Shown piece after piece: positions 46,266 through 55,428 of a stretch of 64,000 bases of DNA. Made by a program: the position numbers and the translations under genes. Below the pieces are notes generated by a model. It was not told the origin of the DNA, did not search any database, and was given only the letters and a program-made list of their open reading frames with translations. Location: positions 1 to 64,000 of IMG/VR virus record IMGVR_UViG_3300006484_000005; one strand, 5' to 3'. Source of the stretch: an uncultured virus (IMG/VR IMGVR_UViG_3300006484_000005) (taxonomy: Duplodnaviria; Heunggongvirae; Uroviricota; Caudoviricetes). Every line of letters begins with the position of its first letter. Position 1 is the stretch's first letter.

Positions 46266-46856
46266 CTACTTTGAATAATGTATATTAGCTAATACAAATT
46301 TAGCAAATTTACGATGTCCTGATGCTTTCAAATGTATCCCATCACCAGAATCTGAACGATCTATAGTAGTATCTACTGGAATAATATCACATCTCATTAA
46401 TTGATTGTTTAATCTTGCTTGTAAATTAGCATATCTTGTTCTAGCACGGAACATTGTTACTTCTGGATAAGGTCCATCTTTAAGTATTTTATGAGGTGAA
46501 TATCCCAACACAACTACAACTGGAATATCATAATAGATACACTCATCTATCATATTTTGAACATTATTTACTACTTTAGATAATGGTACACTTGAAAAAG
46601 CATCATTTACTCCACCATAAATTACTACCATTTCATAATCTGAATAAGTTGAAAGTTGATTATGTAGTGTTTTATACATCCAATCTGTACGTTTTCCTAC
46701 AGATGATAAATTTACATACTCGCGTCCTAATCCTTTAGCAAATTGATGTTGCCACCCACCTGAATAACATGTTAATGAGTCTCCTATAAACAATATTCGT
46801 TTTGGCTTAGTAAACGAAGGAAACAATAAAGCCAATAATAAAACTAAGTACTTCAT
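46266..46856 (-). CDS. Secreted SGNH/GDSL hydrolase
   Basis: FIGDSLT, GGVND, DGIH. Confidence 0.88.
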   Translation of the reverse strand: MKYLVLLLALLFPSFTKPKRILFIGDSLTCYSGGWQHQFAKGLGREYVNLSSVGKRTDWMYKTLHNQLSTYSDYEMVVIYGGVNDAFSSVPLSKVVNNVQNMIDECIYYDIPVVVVLGYSPHKILKDGPYPEVTMFRARTRYANLQARLNNQLMRCDIIPVDTTIDRSDSGDGIHLKASGHRKFAKFVLANIHYSK

Positions 46857-46940
46857 AACTAATATATTTTTGATAATTTATACAATGCGTAAACAAACAT
46901 GAATATCCCAACAACTACTCCTATTTTATATATCATAGTT

Positions 46941-47117
46941 TTACTTTTTATAAACATCCATGTGTTTAATTACAAATCCTAATCCAAGTACTACTTTATT
47001 AGTTCCAACAAATACATCCCAATCTTCATCGTACGTATAAATGATAGGATCGCTACTTCTTGTTTTCCACTGTTTAGGCATTAATGATGGAAATATAGTA
47101 TATAATATTTTTTTCAT
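46941..47117 (-). CDS. Hypothetical protein
   Basis: Start moved to MKKILY, directly after the thyA stop. Confidence 0.5.
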   Translation of the reverse strand: MKKILYTIFPSLMPKQWKTRSSDPIIYTYDEDWDVFVGTNKVVLGLGFVIKHMDVYKK

Positions 47118-47118
47118 A

Positions 47119-48264
47119 TTAATTTGATAATGGTGCTTTAATTCCTGAATGTGATTCATATCCGATTAGCTCAAAGCAATCTGGACGATATGATAATATT
47201 TTTTCACTAAATGTTTTTGGTCCTAATCGTTCTTTAACTAACTCGTGTTGGTACCAATTACGTTCAGTAATGTTTACTTTTGGTAATGAAAATGGCTTAC
47301 GTAATATTTGCATTTTAGCTTGTTCAATATGATTTTTATATAAATGAACATCACCTAAATTACCAATCAATTCATCAGGTATCATATTAACTTCTTTTGC
47401 TATGATTTCTAATAATAAAGCATATGAAGCAATGTTAAATGGTAATCCTAAAAATGTATCTACTGAACGTTGATTCCACATTAAAGAGATTGCTTTAGTT
47501 GGAATATTAACATCATCACAAGTTTTTTTAATTATTTCAAGTATTTTTTTACCAGATTTATAATTTTTTGCATTACTATTCAATAAACCACTATAACCTT
47601 TTTTTCCCAAAATAGATTGTCTTTCTCCTAAACTAAGCTCTCTTGTATACATTTGAAATCCATAATGACAAGGTGGTAAAACCATTTGGTCTAACTCTGC
47701 TACATTCCAAGCTGATACCATCAATCTTCTACTATCTGGATTAGTTCTAAGTGAATGAATTAATTGTAAGATTTGGTCATACCACAATGAACCTTTCTCA
47801 TTACCATTCATATCCATCCAACCTTGCCACTGTCTCCATTGCTTACCATAGATTGGTCCTAAATCACCTAATTTATAACCTGTTAAATCAGGAATAAAAT
47901 GTGATTGTTTGTTATTACTAAGTTTGATAGCTGAAATGAATTGTTCTTTTGACATTGGGTCTACACTATGTGTAACACATTGTGCTTCGTATCCTTTATA
48001 AGCATCACCATCCCAAATGTGGCAATTGTAATCCAATAGGAATTTGATATTGGTATCACCACGTAAAAACCATAATAATTCAGTTACGATTGATTTCCAC
48101 GCCATCTTCTTTGTGGTTAGCAATGGAAATCCATCAGACATTTTATGACGAATCTGACGTCCAAATACGGATATAGTACCAGTACCTGTTCTATCAGATT
48201 TTTCTACTCCGTTGTCTAAAATGTCTTGTAATAATGCTTGATAATGTTTGTCTATATTATTCAT
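47119..48264 (-). CDS. thyA: Thymidylate synthase
   Basis: DRTGTGT, ELLWFL, LPPCH, QRSVDTFLGLPFNIASY, DVHLY. Confidence 0.96.
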   Translation of the reverse strand: MNNIDKHYQALLQDILDNGVEKSDRTGTGTISVFGRQIRHKMSDGFPLLTTKKMAWKSIVTELLWFLRGDTNIKFLLDYNCHIWDGDAYKGYEAQCVTHSVDPMSKEQFISAIKLSNNKQSHFIPDLTGYKLGDLGPIYGKQWRQWQGWMDMNGNEKGSLWYDQILQLIHSLRTNPDSRRLMVSAWNVAELDQMVLPPCHYGFQMYTRELSLGERQSILGKKGYSGLLNSNAKNYKSGKKILEIIKKTCDDVNIPTKAISLMWNQRSVDTFLGLPFNIASYALLLEIIAKEVNMIPDELIGNLGDVHLYKNHIEQAKMQILRKPFSLPKVNITERNWYQHELVKERLGPKTFSEKILSYRPDCFELIGYESHSGIKAPLSN

Positions 48265-48881
48265 TATTGAATTTTTGGAAATAAAACTGTGTCCATAAAA
48301 TATTTAGCGCGTTCTTCACCTAATTTAGCTTTCAATACATTATATGTACGTTCATTTTTAGATTGTTGTTCGCAATAATAATTTTGTGCTTCAACTACTA
48401 ATTTAGGGTCAGCAAATAGACCTACTGTTTCAGTATACGATTCAAATAAATCGGTTGCTTCACTACATAATCGAACCATTTCTTCAGTACCTGGTCTAAT
48501 TGCTACTGCGTGTTCTGAAAATATATTATTAGCCCATTCAGGTAGTGGGTATGGTTTTTTAAATTCGTAATCAATAAATTTATCAGGTGAATACGTAACT
48601 GGGGATAAATCAATGAATGCAGCTAATGGTTTTTCATTGGTACATATAATATCAAATCCAAATATTGGATCCGCAAAATTCAATTGGGGGAATGCTGTAA
48701 AGTGTAGTACTTCTAATGCTCTATCACTATAGCGTTCAATATGAGCTATACGAAACGAATCAGAAACATATCGGGTGTTTTCCCACCCGAAGTCTTCTGT
48801 TTCAATTTCAAATCCATTATTTTCAATCAGAATACTTTTTAAAATATTAGCTGTTTGATCCAGTAGCGTTTTGTAACTCAT
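48264..48881 (-). CDS. Ferredoxin-dependent bilin reductase (PcyA/PcyX family)
   Basis: FRIAHIE, LEVLHFTAFP, PIFGFDII, AAFIDLSP, LPEWANNIFS, QNYYCEQQSKNERT. Confidence 0.85.
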   Translation of the reverse strand: MSYKTLLDQTANILKSILIENNGFEIETEDFGWENTRYVSDSFRIAHIERYSDRALEVLHFTAFPQLNFADPIFGFDIICTNEKPLAAFIDLSPVTYSPDKFIDYEFKKPYPLPEWANNIFSEHAVAIRPGTEEMVRLCSEATDLFESYTETVGLFADPKLVVEAQNYYCEQQSKNERTYNVLKAKLGEERAKYFMDTVLFPKIQ

Positions 48882-49362
48882 CTGCTATATTAATGATAAA
48901 TTGAAATCCTTTATTTACTTCGTCTGCCCACTCGTCTTTTTGAGTTGCTCTAATAGATCCTACAGATACATGCATGTTTTCAAAATCATACATTTTACCT
49001 GAACCTGGTACTTTGGTTTTCATCATTTGACCACCATAAGCTAATGCTAAATAATTTAAATAAACGTGTGGTAAAAGTTCTTCTTGAGTAAGTGATGATA
49101 AATATTCAGAATATTCAAATGCGGTTGGGAGATATTCTATTTCATCTGATTTTAATTCAAGTAAATCTTCTTTAACTTTATCAACACGAGCTAATGATGG
49201 GTGTGGAAGTTGTTTTGCTTCAATTGCTTCAAATATTATTAATTGTTGGTACAAATATTTTGCATATTCTTCTGTTGATAATTCACCACGAAACATTCGT
49301 TGGTTAAATTCCATTTTTTCTGCTTTACTGTGTAGTTCAGCTGTTGCTTCTCTTAATCCCAT
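48847..49362 (-). CDS. Heme oxygenase
   Basis: LREATAELHSKAE (proximal His), HVYLNYLALAYGGQMM. Confidence 0.9.
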   Translation of the reverse strand: MGLREATAELHSKAEKMEFNQRMFRGELSTEEYAKYLYQQLIIFEAIEAKQLPHPSLARVDKVKEDLLELKSDEIEYLPTAFEYSEYLSSLTQEELLPHVYLNYLALAYGGQMMKTKVPGSGKMYDFENMHVSVGSIRATQKDEWADEVNKGFQFIINIADELQNATGSNS

Positions 49363-49364
49363 TT

Positions 49365-49742
49365 TTATAATTTTAAATTTTTAATATTTTCTTTTTCAAG
49401 TTCATGTGTGTATCTTTCTCTCATTCCAACTATTCTATGAAAATCTTTATATGCTGTTGGATGATAATCTTTTAAATAAGATAATCCAATTTCATAGTCT
49501 AGCAGTACATCTTCATATCTATGTTCTCTAGAATCGAATCCATCTTCTAATATTTTAATATCGGATTGTAAATTACTAATTACATTTTGTAATGAATCAG
49601 CTTTACATTCTGTAATTGTTGGTTTTGAGGGTGTATCATCGGGTTTAATTACAGTCCAAAAAATTAATTGAAATAATGCAGCCCCTAAAATAAATGTTAT
49701 TATTGCTATTGTTTTACCTCCAAACTTGTGCGTATCTGCCAT
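49365..49742 (-). CDS. Membrane-anchored coiled-coil protein
   Basis: N-terminal TM helix. Confidence 0.65.
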   Translation of the reverse strand: MADTHKFGGKTIAIITFILGAALFQLIFWTVIKPDDTPSKPTITECKADSLQNVISNLQSDIKILEDGFDSREHRYEDVLLDYEIGLSYLKDYHPTAYKDFHRIVGMRERYTHELEKENIKNLKL

Positions 49743-50001
49743 GTCTATATACTGTTTTTTGTTTTTTTACTCGTTGTGGTTTTAATGATCGGGTTATTCT
49801 ATTATCATCTTCAGGCGGCATCCGCCTATAATCTTCTTTAGTATCGAATGAATAACGGATATCACTGTCAGTAAGCCAAGTTTCATATGAGTGTGTATTA
49901 TCAACAGGAAAATCGATTATAACGTAGTATCTCTCGTTTTCTACACGTAATACACTACCAATACCTAAATCCGTAACTATGCGTTGTCCTACTTGATACA
50001 T
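49714..50001 (-). CDS. Hypothetical protein (SH3-like N-terminus)
   Basis: YQVGQRIVTDLGIGSV. Confidence 0.6.
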   Translation of the reverse strand: MYQVGQRIVTDLGIGSVLRVENERYYVIIDFPVDNTHSYETWLTDSDIRYSFDTKEDYRRMPPEDDNRITRSLKPQRVKKQKTVYRHGRYAQVWR

Positions 50002-50156
50002 TGCTTATTATGTTTTCCTTCTATTAATTCTTTTAACAATACAGCAAGTACCTTATCATCATTTGTATCTATAATATTCTTAATTAGAATACTTCCTTCA
50101 TTCCACTCGTCGTTAGTCATAGTATACTTGAATATTTTTTCTTTCTTCTTAGCCAT
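49989..50156 (-). CDS. Hypothetical protein, 55 aa
   Basis: Hand translation MAKKKEKIFKYTMTNDEWNEG... Confidence 0.5.
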   Translation of the reverse strand: MAKKKEKIFKYTMTNDEWNEGSILIKNIIDTNDDKVLAVLLKELIEGKHNKQCIK

Positions 50157-50159
50157 AAC

Positions 50160-50738
50160 TTAGTATAATATATTTCGTATTTTACTTTCTAATTGTCTTT
50201 GTTCAGCAAATGCTTCTATTTCCCAAGGTCTATCATTATATTTTGATTCAGACACCTCATACCCGGAAATAACCTTACCATCCCAAATAACTTCATTTTT
50301 ATGTAATATTAGTTTTTGAGTAACATATTGTCGTAGATGTATTAATTCATGTGATAATACCTTAATAGATTCATCTCTGCCCATATCATCTAAGAATATA
50401 ATATATTGTCTGCCTCTGCCAAGTATATGTGCTTTTAAAGTACCTTCAGAATCGAACTGTTGTTTTACTTCATCGGTTATAGGTCGTATAGTAACTGCTA
50501 TACTATCCATACCCAACTCATCTAATCCAACATAAACAACTGAATCCAAGTAATTATCTTCAGTTCTATTCGCTACCATATTAGTGGTTTCTATATCGAA
50601 CTGTTTAAATGTTTGTTCCTGATATATTCCAATATTCATTTTGAATTTTAATCCATCTAAGAATGACTTCCTAAATAGGATAAATCCGATAATGATTAAT
50701 AGTATAATTCCTATAATCCATTTTACTTTTGTTGTCAT
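50160..50738 (-). CDS. Membrane-anchored zinc metallopeptidase
   Basis: HELIH (HExxH), PWEIEA. Confidence 0.8.
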   Translation of the reverse strand: MTTKVKWIIGIILLIIIGFILFRKSFLDGLKFKMNIGIYQEQTFKQFDIETTNMVANRTEDNYLDSVVYVGLDELGMDSIAVTIRPITDEVKQQFDSEGTLKAHILGRGRQYIIFLDDMGRDESIKVLSHELIHLRQYVTQKLILHKNEVIWDGKVISGYEVSESKYNDRPWEIEAFAEQRQLESKIRNILY

Positions 50739-50741
50739 AAC

Positions 50742-50966
50742 TTATGATAGTAATTGGTCTAAATCGATATTATATTCATTCATCATTTGAATGAATTTCT
50801 CTCTATATTCATATGCTCCTTCATTACCACCATGTTTGTATTCTGATCGTAAATGCTGGTCATATTTCCACATCATCAATACTAAATCCAATGACATTAC
50901 AGCTCTTAAATGTGCTTGTTTATCTTCTGGATCGTTTAAATCGTATGTTAGTGTTGCTGTTGCCAT
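50742..50966 (-). CDS. Hypothetical protein
   Basis: ORF track; class A motif at 50984-51000. Confidence 0.65.
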   Translation of the reverse strand: MATATLTYDLNDPEDKQAHLRAVMSLDLVLMMWKYDQHLRSEYKHGGNEGAYEYREKFIQMMNEYNIDLDQLLS

Positions 50967-51008
50967 AACTTTTATTTTATACTTAAATGTAATCAGGAAA
51001 AGGTCGAA

Positions 51009-51146
51009 TTAACGACCTTGTCCACGATATCTTTTAACGTAATTTTTAGATTGCTTAGCAAATGATTGTTTTGTTTTTGAATGACGAAACAATGTTTTCT
51101 TTTTGATTTCAATCTTGCGAGATTCCGCTGCTTTAGCTTTTGCCAT
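51009..51146 (-). CDS. Small basic protein ending YRGQGR, 45 aa
   Basis: MAKAKAAESRKIEIKKKTLFRHSKTKQSFAKQSKNYVKRYRGQGR; class B motif at 51170-51179. Confidence 0.7.
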   Translation of the reverse strand: MAKAKAAESRKIEIKKKTLFRHSKTKQSFAKQSKNYVKRYRGQGR

Positions 51147-51179
51147 GTTATAACAAGTTAAGGGTTTAGTATAAATATA

Positions 51180-51953
51180 CTAAACTTCCCTCTTGTCACC
51201 GTATGCAATGATGTGATCTCGTCCTGAAAAATTATATGAATGTGCTGTACAGTAATCTAATACTATTGGGTACATTTTAATTAATTCTTCACGAGTATCG
51301 CCAGCAGGCATAATCCATGTTTTGTGTTTTGGTATATTAAAGCGTTTTCTGAATGCCTCAATCTCATACATTAATTCAGATGTACCATCCCATACTGGTT
51401 TAAAATGGTAGTTCTTATGGTATGCTAATAATTGACGAATTGCATCATATTTTTCTCTATACTTATTATGTTGATCAATCATTTTCTGATCTACAATTTT
51501 ACCTTGTGGTGTTTCAACACCAATTACTGGGATTGAATTAGAGAATTTTGGTGATAATGAAATAACATCAATACGATGATCTGTAATTAATGGATGTGAT
51601 CCTTCGGTTTCAATAGTTACAATACCTTTCTTATCATGTAGTGCTTTAAATAAATTAATGATTTCATTACACATTTCAGGATGCATTGTAGGCGAACCAC
51701 CAGTCAGCATCAAATGATTAATATCCCAATTGTCAGAAAAGAACTGCTTAATATCAGTTAATGTATATTTACCTTTTTCTGGATGGATTGATGTATACCA
51801 TGAATCACACCATCCACCTTCACCAAAGTAACACCTATGAGTACATCCTGTAGTACGTACAATGATATGTGGTTTACCAGCTAATGATCCTTCGGTTTGA
51901 ACGCAACGATATACTTCTAATATAGGTTGTGTTTTAGTATAATCTAGTGCCAT
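51180..51953 (-). CDS. queE: 7-carboxy-7-deazaguanine synthase (radical SAM)
   Basis: VQTEG, RTTGCTHRC...WCDS, LTGGSP, IETEG, SLSPK. Confidence 0.9.
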   Translation of the reverse strand: MALDYTKTQPILEVYRCVQTEGSLAGKPHIIVRTTGCTHRCYFGEGGWCDSWYTSIHPEKGKYTLTDIKQFFSDNWDINHLMLTGGSPTMHPEMCNEIINLFKALHDKKGIVTIETEGSHPLITDHRIDVISLSPKFSNSIPVIGVETPQGKIVDQKMIDQHNKYREKYDAIRQLLAYHKNYHFKPVWDGTSELMYEIEAFRKRFNIPKHKTWIMPAGDTREELIKMYPIVLDYCTAHSYNFSGRDHIIAYGDKREV

Positions 51954-52167
51954 CTTGTTTTTCTTTTAATTTTAAACGTTTAGCTAATTTTTTATCTACA
52001 ACTACTTCTGCATTAACATCTACCTCAACGGTTTTCTTATTTGCATCGCGTACTTTAATTTTCCATTCGGCTTTAGGAGCAAATGTCCATCCATGTACTT
52101 TTACTTTGTTATCAGCATCTACATCTGATACTCTACGGATTTCACCGTCTTTTTTAATACATTTCAT
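51934..52167 (-). CDS. Basic hypothetical protein
   Basis: ORF track. Confidence 0.65.
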   Translation of the reverse strand: MKCIKKDGEIRRVSDVDADNKVKVHGWTFAPKAEWKIKVRDANKKTVEVDVNAEVVVDKKLAKRLKLKEKQDGTRLY

Positions 52168-52304
52168 ATTTTGAATTTTAATTTAATTAATTGTTGAATG
52201 TAAGTAAGAAAATTCACATCACCAGCGAGTACAGATAAAATGTTAGGGTGTGCATCGCCGCACACTCCTAACAAATGACTAATAACATGTCTAATTTCCT
52301 CCAT
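52164..52304 (-). CDS. Small hypothetical protein
   Basis: Start moved to MEEIRH...GVCGDAHP. Confidence 0.5.
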   Translation of the reverse strand: MEEIRHVISHLLGVCGDAHPNILSVLAGDVNFLTYIQQLIKLKFKI

Positions 52305-53224
52305 TATTTGGCGTATTCTGCTAATACTTGTTCTACTGCTGCTTTGGCAACTTCCCAACTAACTGGACCATTCTCATCGGCATAATTTACTGGATCAGGA
52401 CGTCCTAATCGAATAAATGCTTCGATACGTTCAACTGATGCTGCTGATTTATAATCTGAATACCATGTTCCAACTTCGGTTAATGCTGTAACTTTACCTG
52501 TTATTTGATCTGTATGAGACATTGCAGCAATGAATATTGGCTTGTATGATGTATTAGTACGTTTGTATACTTGATTAAAATCTAAACCTAATTTTTCACA
52601 ACATGCTAATCCGTCTTCCAAAATAGTAAATTTATTACCTTCCAAATATGGAGTATAATGGTATACTAATTCAGAATCCCAATTACCAATTTTAAATGCT
52701 TCCATATCGGCATCACGGAATTCTTGACGGCAATCAGGATAAATAGCATGATCACCAGCGTGAATACCCATCGCAATCGCTACTTCTTGCTTATCTCCTT
52801 TAGTTGCAATCGATAATGCCGCTGCTTGAATTAATGAAGCGAATATTTTATTACGATTTGGTACAACAGTTTCTTTCATGTTGTCTTGCTCGTAATGTCC
52901 TTCAGGTACATCATCTCCTCCTGTAACTAATGCTGAATGTAGTAGATTCTGTAATCCATCTAATTTAATAATTTGATGTTTTATTAATGGAAAATTTTCA
53001 CCAGTTACTGTAATTGTTCCTAATTGATCTTGTTCTGTTTTTTGAGAGCATCCATTTAGATATTCAACTAATGATTTAGCACGATCTAATTCAACGTGGT
53101 GTTTTTGACCATAATCAAATCCTAATGCTGTAACTTCATAGCCGTTAGCAAGTAGATGAAGTAATAATGTGGAGGAATCCATTCCTCCGGATAATGATAA
53201 AACTGCTTTTTTTGTACTAGACAT
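52304..53224 (-). CDS. queC: 7-cyano-7-deazaguanine synthase
   Basis: LSGGMDS, FDYGQKH, VPNRN, YPDCR. Confidence 0.92.
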   Translation of the reverse strand: MSSTKKAVLSLSGGMDSSTLLLHLLANGYEVTALGFDYGQKHHVELDRAKSLVEYLNGCSQKTEQDQLGTITVTGENFPLIKHQIIKLDGLQNLLHSALVTGGDDVPEGHYEQDNMKETVVPNRNKIFASLIQAAALSIATKGDKQEVAIAMGIHAGDHAIYPDCRQEFRDADMEAFKIGNWDSELVYHYTPYLEGNKFTILEDGLACCEKLGLDFNQVYKRTNTSYKPIFIAAMSHTDQITGKVTALTEVGTWYSDYKSAASVERIEAFIRLGRPDPVNYADENGPVSWEVAKAAVEQVLAEYAK

Positions 53225-53261
53225 AAAATTATAAAATATAAGATTGGAACGTATTGTTTTA

Positions 53262-53465
53262 TTAATCGATTAGTCCCGATAACCGACGTACTGTAAAAAA
53301 TTCATCTAATAATGTTTGCTCATATAATAATACTTTTCCAGTATACCGTGGATTAGCTACTTCACGAGTTTCAATTTTAGCTTTTTTAGATGTAGCATAT
53401 GCTGCTACTTCAGCTCCTAATTCTTTACCAGCTGCGTGACCTAAATAATCAAATAATGATACCAT
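53262..53465 (-). CDS. Hypothetical protein
   Basis: ORF track; class A motif at 53488-53504. Confidence 0.65.
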   Translation of the reverse strand: MVSLFDYLGHAAGKELGAEVAAYATSKKAKIETREVANPRYTGKVLLYEQTLLDEFFTVRRLSGLID

Positions 53466-53504
53466 AACTTTTATTTTGTTTATACTATAAATTTAATTAA
53501 GAAA

Positions 53505-53984
53505 TTAAATAGGCATGTATTCCTCTTCGTATGAAGCTGAATTACGGCCATTTTCGAATACTTCTACTTTAGCTACTCTAACTCTGTAATGTGTTTCGTC
53601 TTGAACGAATTCATTAATCTTTTGAAATAGATATTCAGCAAAACGTTCAGCGCCAACGTAAGGTAAAATACGTAACTGGATAATTCCATCATCAGCCATT
53701 TGTTTGAATTGCTCTAAATATGGATCGTCTTCAGCAATGATTGTAGTGTGATCTAATAAATAATCGAACCATTGTTTTGGATTCATACCATCAATATTTC
53801 CATTAGCGCGTTTCATACCACCAAAATCCCATACCCAATTTTTCTCATCTAAATCTCCTTCAAAATCTACTTTAAAGGATATAGCGTACCCATGTAAGAA
53901 CCTACAGTGGGTTCCTTCTGCTCTCCATTGACGAAATACGGTGGAGAATCCATCAAATAATTTTGATGATTTGAATGTAATCAT
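53505..53984 (-). CDS. queD: 6-carboxytetrahydropterin synthase
   Basis: HCRFLHGY, WVWDFG, LLDHT, AERFAEY, FENGRNSA. Confidence 0.88.
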   Translation of the reverse strand: MITFKSSKLFDGFSTVFRQWRAEGTHCRFLHGYAISFKVDFEGDLDEKNWVWDFGGMKRANGNIDGMNPKQWFDYLLDHTTIIAEDDPYLEQFKQMADDGIIQLRILPYVGAERFAEYLFQKINEFVQDETHYRVRVAKVEVFENGRNSASYEEEYMPI

Positions 53985-54775
53985 GATAATAGTGTTCTAA
54001 AATGTTTAACGTTATATAATACATCAGAAATTTGTTGATCCGATAATCTCTGATCAAAGTATGTTTCTAATTTTTCTTTTGGTTTATCTAACAATACTTC
54101 ATCTGGGTATTTACCGTGTTTTAAACCATAAATAACTGGGTTAGATGTATCGATTGTTTTGATGAATGAATATTCTTTACCTTTATAATTAGAGAATTCA
54201 TTAGGTAATGTAGCACCTAATAAGTGATGATGAATTGTTTTATTAAATCCATTTAATGATGGAAGCATATTAACGAATTTAATACGTCCCGTCATTAAAC
54301 TTAATAACTCGTTTTGATGCTTATATAATTCCTTAAAATAAACCCCAGCATGATTTAATGCAATGTGGGTGTAACCTAACTCAACGAATTTACTATATGT
54401 AAGCATCGCATCAGATACAGTTTTTGCTTGTACTACTGCCATTAGATTAGTTGTAGATGGGATTTTATCTACATAATAATCAATCCATTTTTTAGCGTTT
54501 TTAACTGTTGTTTGGGGGTCATTCCATGCATCAGGAACAATGAATATACTTGGCTTAATATCATTGATTTTCTCGAGTAAATCTTCGATTGTATGCGATA
54601 CTCCTTCAAATAAACCATTGTCCATGATGATTAAATCTCCACGTTCAGATGCGCTTTTAAAGAATTGATAGTACTGTTTATTTTCTAATAAGTGAGGTAA
54701 ACAATAATGATAGTCATTAAATTTTAATGACTCATCTAATAGATCTAACGGTACTTCGTGGGAAACCAATGCCAT
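53981..54775 (-). CDS. TGT/DpdA-like TIM-barrel (putative deazaguanine transglycosylase)
   Basis: IMDNGLFE, IVPD, AVVQ, HLLG, IDTS mirror TGT-family motifs; overlaps queD. Confidence 0.6.
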   Translation of the reverse strand: MALVSHEVPLDLLDESLKFNDYHYCLPHLLENKQYYQFFKSASERGDLIIMDNGLFEGVSHTIEDLLEKINDIKPSIFIVPDAWNDPQTTVKNAKKWIDYYVDKIPSTTNLMAVVQAKTVSDAMLTYSKFVELGYTHIALNHAGVYFKELYKHQNELLSLMTGRIKFVNMLPSLNGFNKTIHHHLLGATLPNEFSNYKGKEYSFIKTIDTSNPVIYGLKHGKYPDEVLLDKPKEKLETYFDQRLSDQQISDVLYNVKHFRTLLS

Positions 54776-54777
54776 AA

Positions 54778-55272
54778 CTATTTATTATAATTTTTTAAGT
54801 ATTCATAGAATTCTGAAGTAGTGCCATCGAATTCTTCTGCTAATTCATTAATTAAATCTATACGAGACAATTTGTCAGGCCCCAAATGTCTGAAATCTCC
54901 AGCTAATTCGCCTACCAATTCTGACCATATTTTTGGTTCTTCCTTATCGAACGCATTCATTAATTTATGGTAACGATCGTATTGTTGTTTTTCAATTACT
55001 TCTCTACGATTCATCCAAGCTTCGTGAGATGGATATTTCTTACGTTCGGTTTTTAATCGATCGTCTAATAACCATAACTCATAAAACGCTTGTTGCCTAT
55101 AATCAGATATTTCAAAATCCCCATTTTTAATGCGGGTATCTAATGGAGTGTACTTGTGCATTGGTTGACGTGATTTAAAACGCCTCCAATAATAAAATAC
55201 ATTAAAGTTCGCTGGTTGGAACTTCTGTTCCACTATCGTTTGAATGTTGTTTGGGTATTTCCTTATTTGCAT
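54778..55272 (-). CDS. Hypothetical protein
   Basis: ORF track. Confidence 0.7.
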   Translation of the reverse strand: MQIRKYPNNIQTIVEQKFQPANFNVFYYWRRFKSRQPMHKYTPLDTRIKNGDFEISDYRQQAFYELWLLDDRLKTERKKYPSHEAWMNRREVIEKQQYDRYHKLMNAFDKEEPKIWSELVGELAGDFRHLGPDKLSRIDLINELAEEFDGTTSEFYEYLKNYNK

Positions 55273-55408
55273 GTTCTAATGTTTTTAAAACCCTAGCAGC
55301 AAGATCATGTAATAATGCTGCTTTTTCTTCTATTGGAAGTTGATCCATATATTCTTGGCTAACTTCATTTTCGATTTTTTTTAAATCGTTTAATAAATTA
55401 TCTAACAT
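55202..55408 (-). CDS. Hypothetical protein
   Basis: ORF track; class A motif at 55411-55427. Confidence 0.55.
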   Translation of the reverse strand: MLDNLLNDLKKIENEVSQEYMDQLPIEEKAALLHDLAARVLKTLEHANKEIPKQHSNDSGTEVPTSEL

Positions 55409-55428
55409 AGTAAATTTAATTAAGAAAA

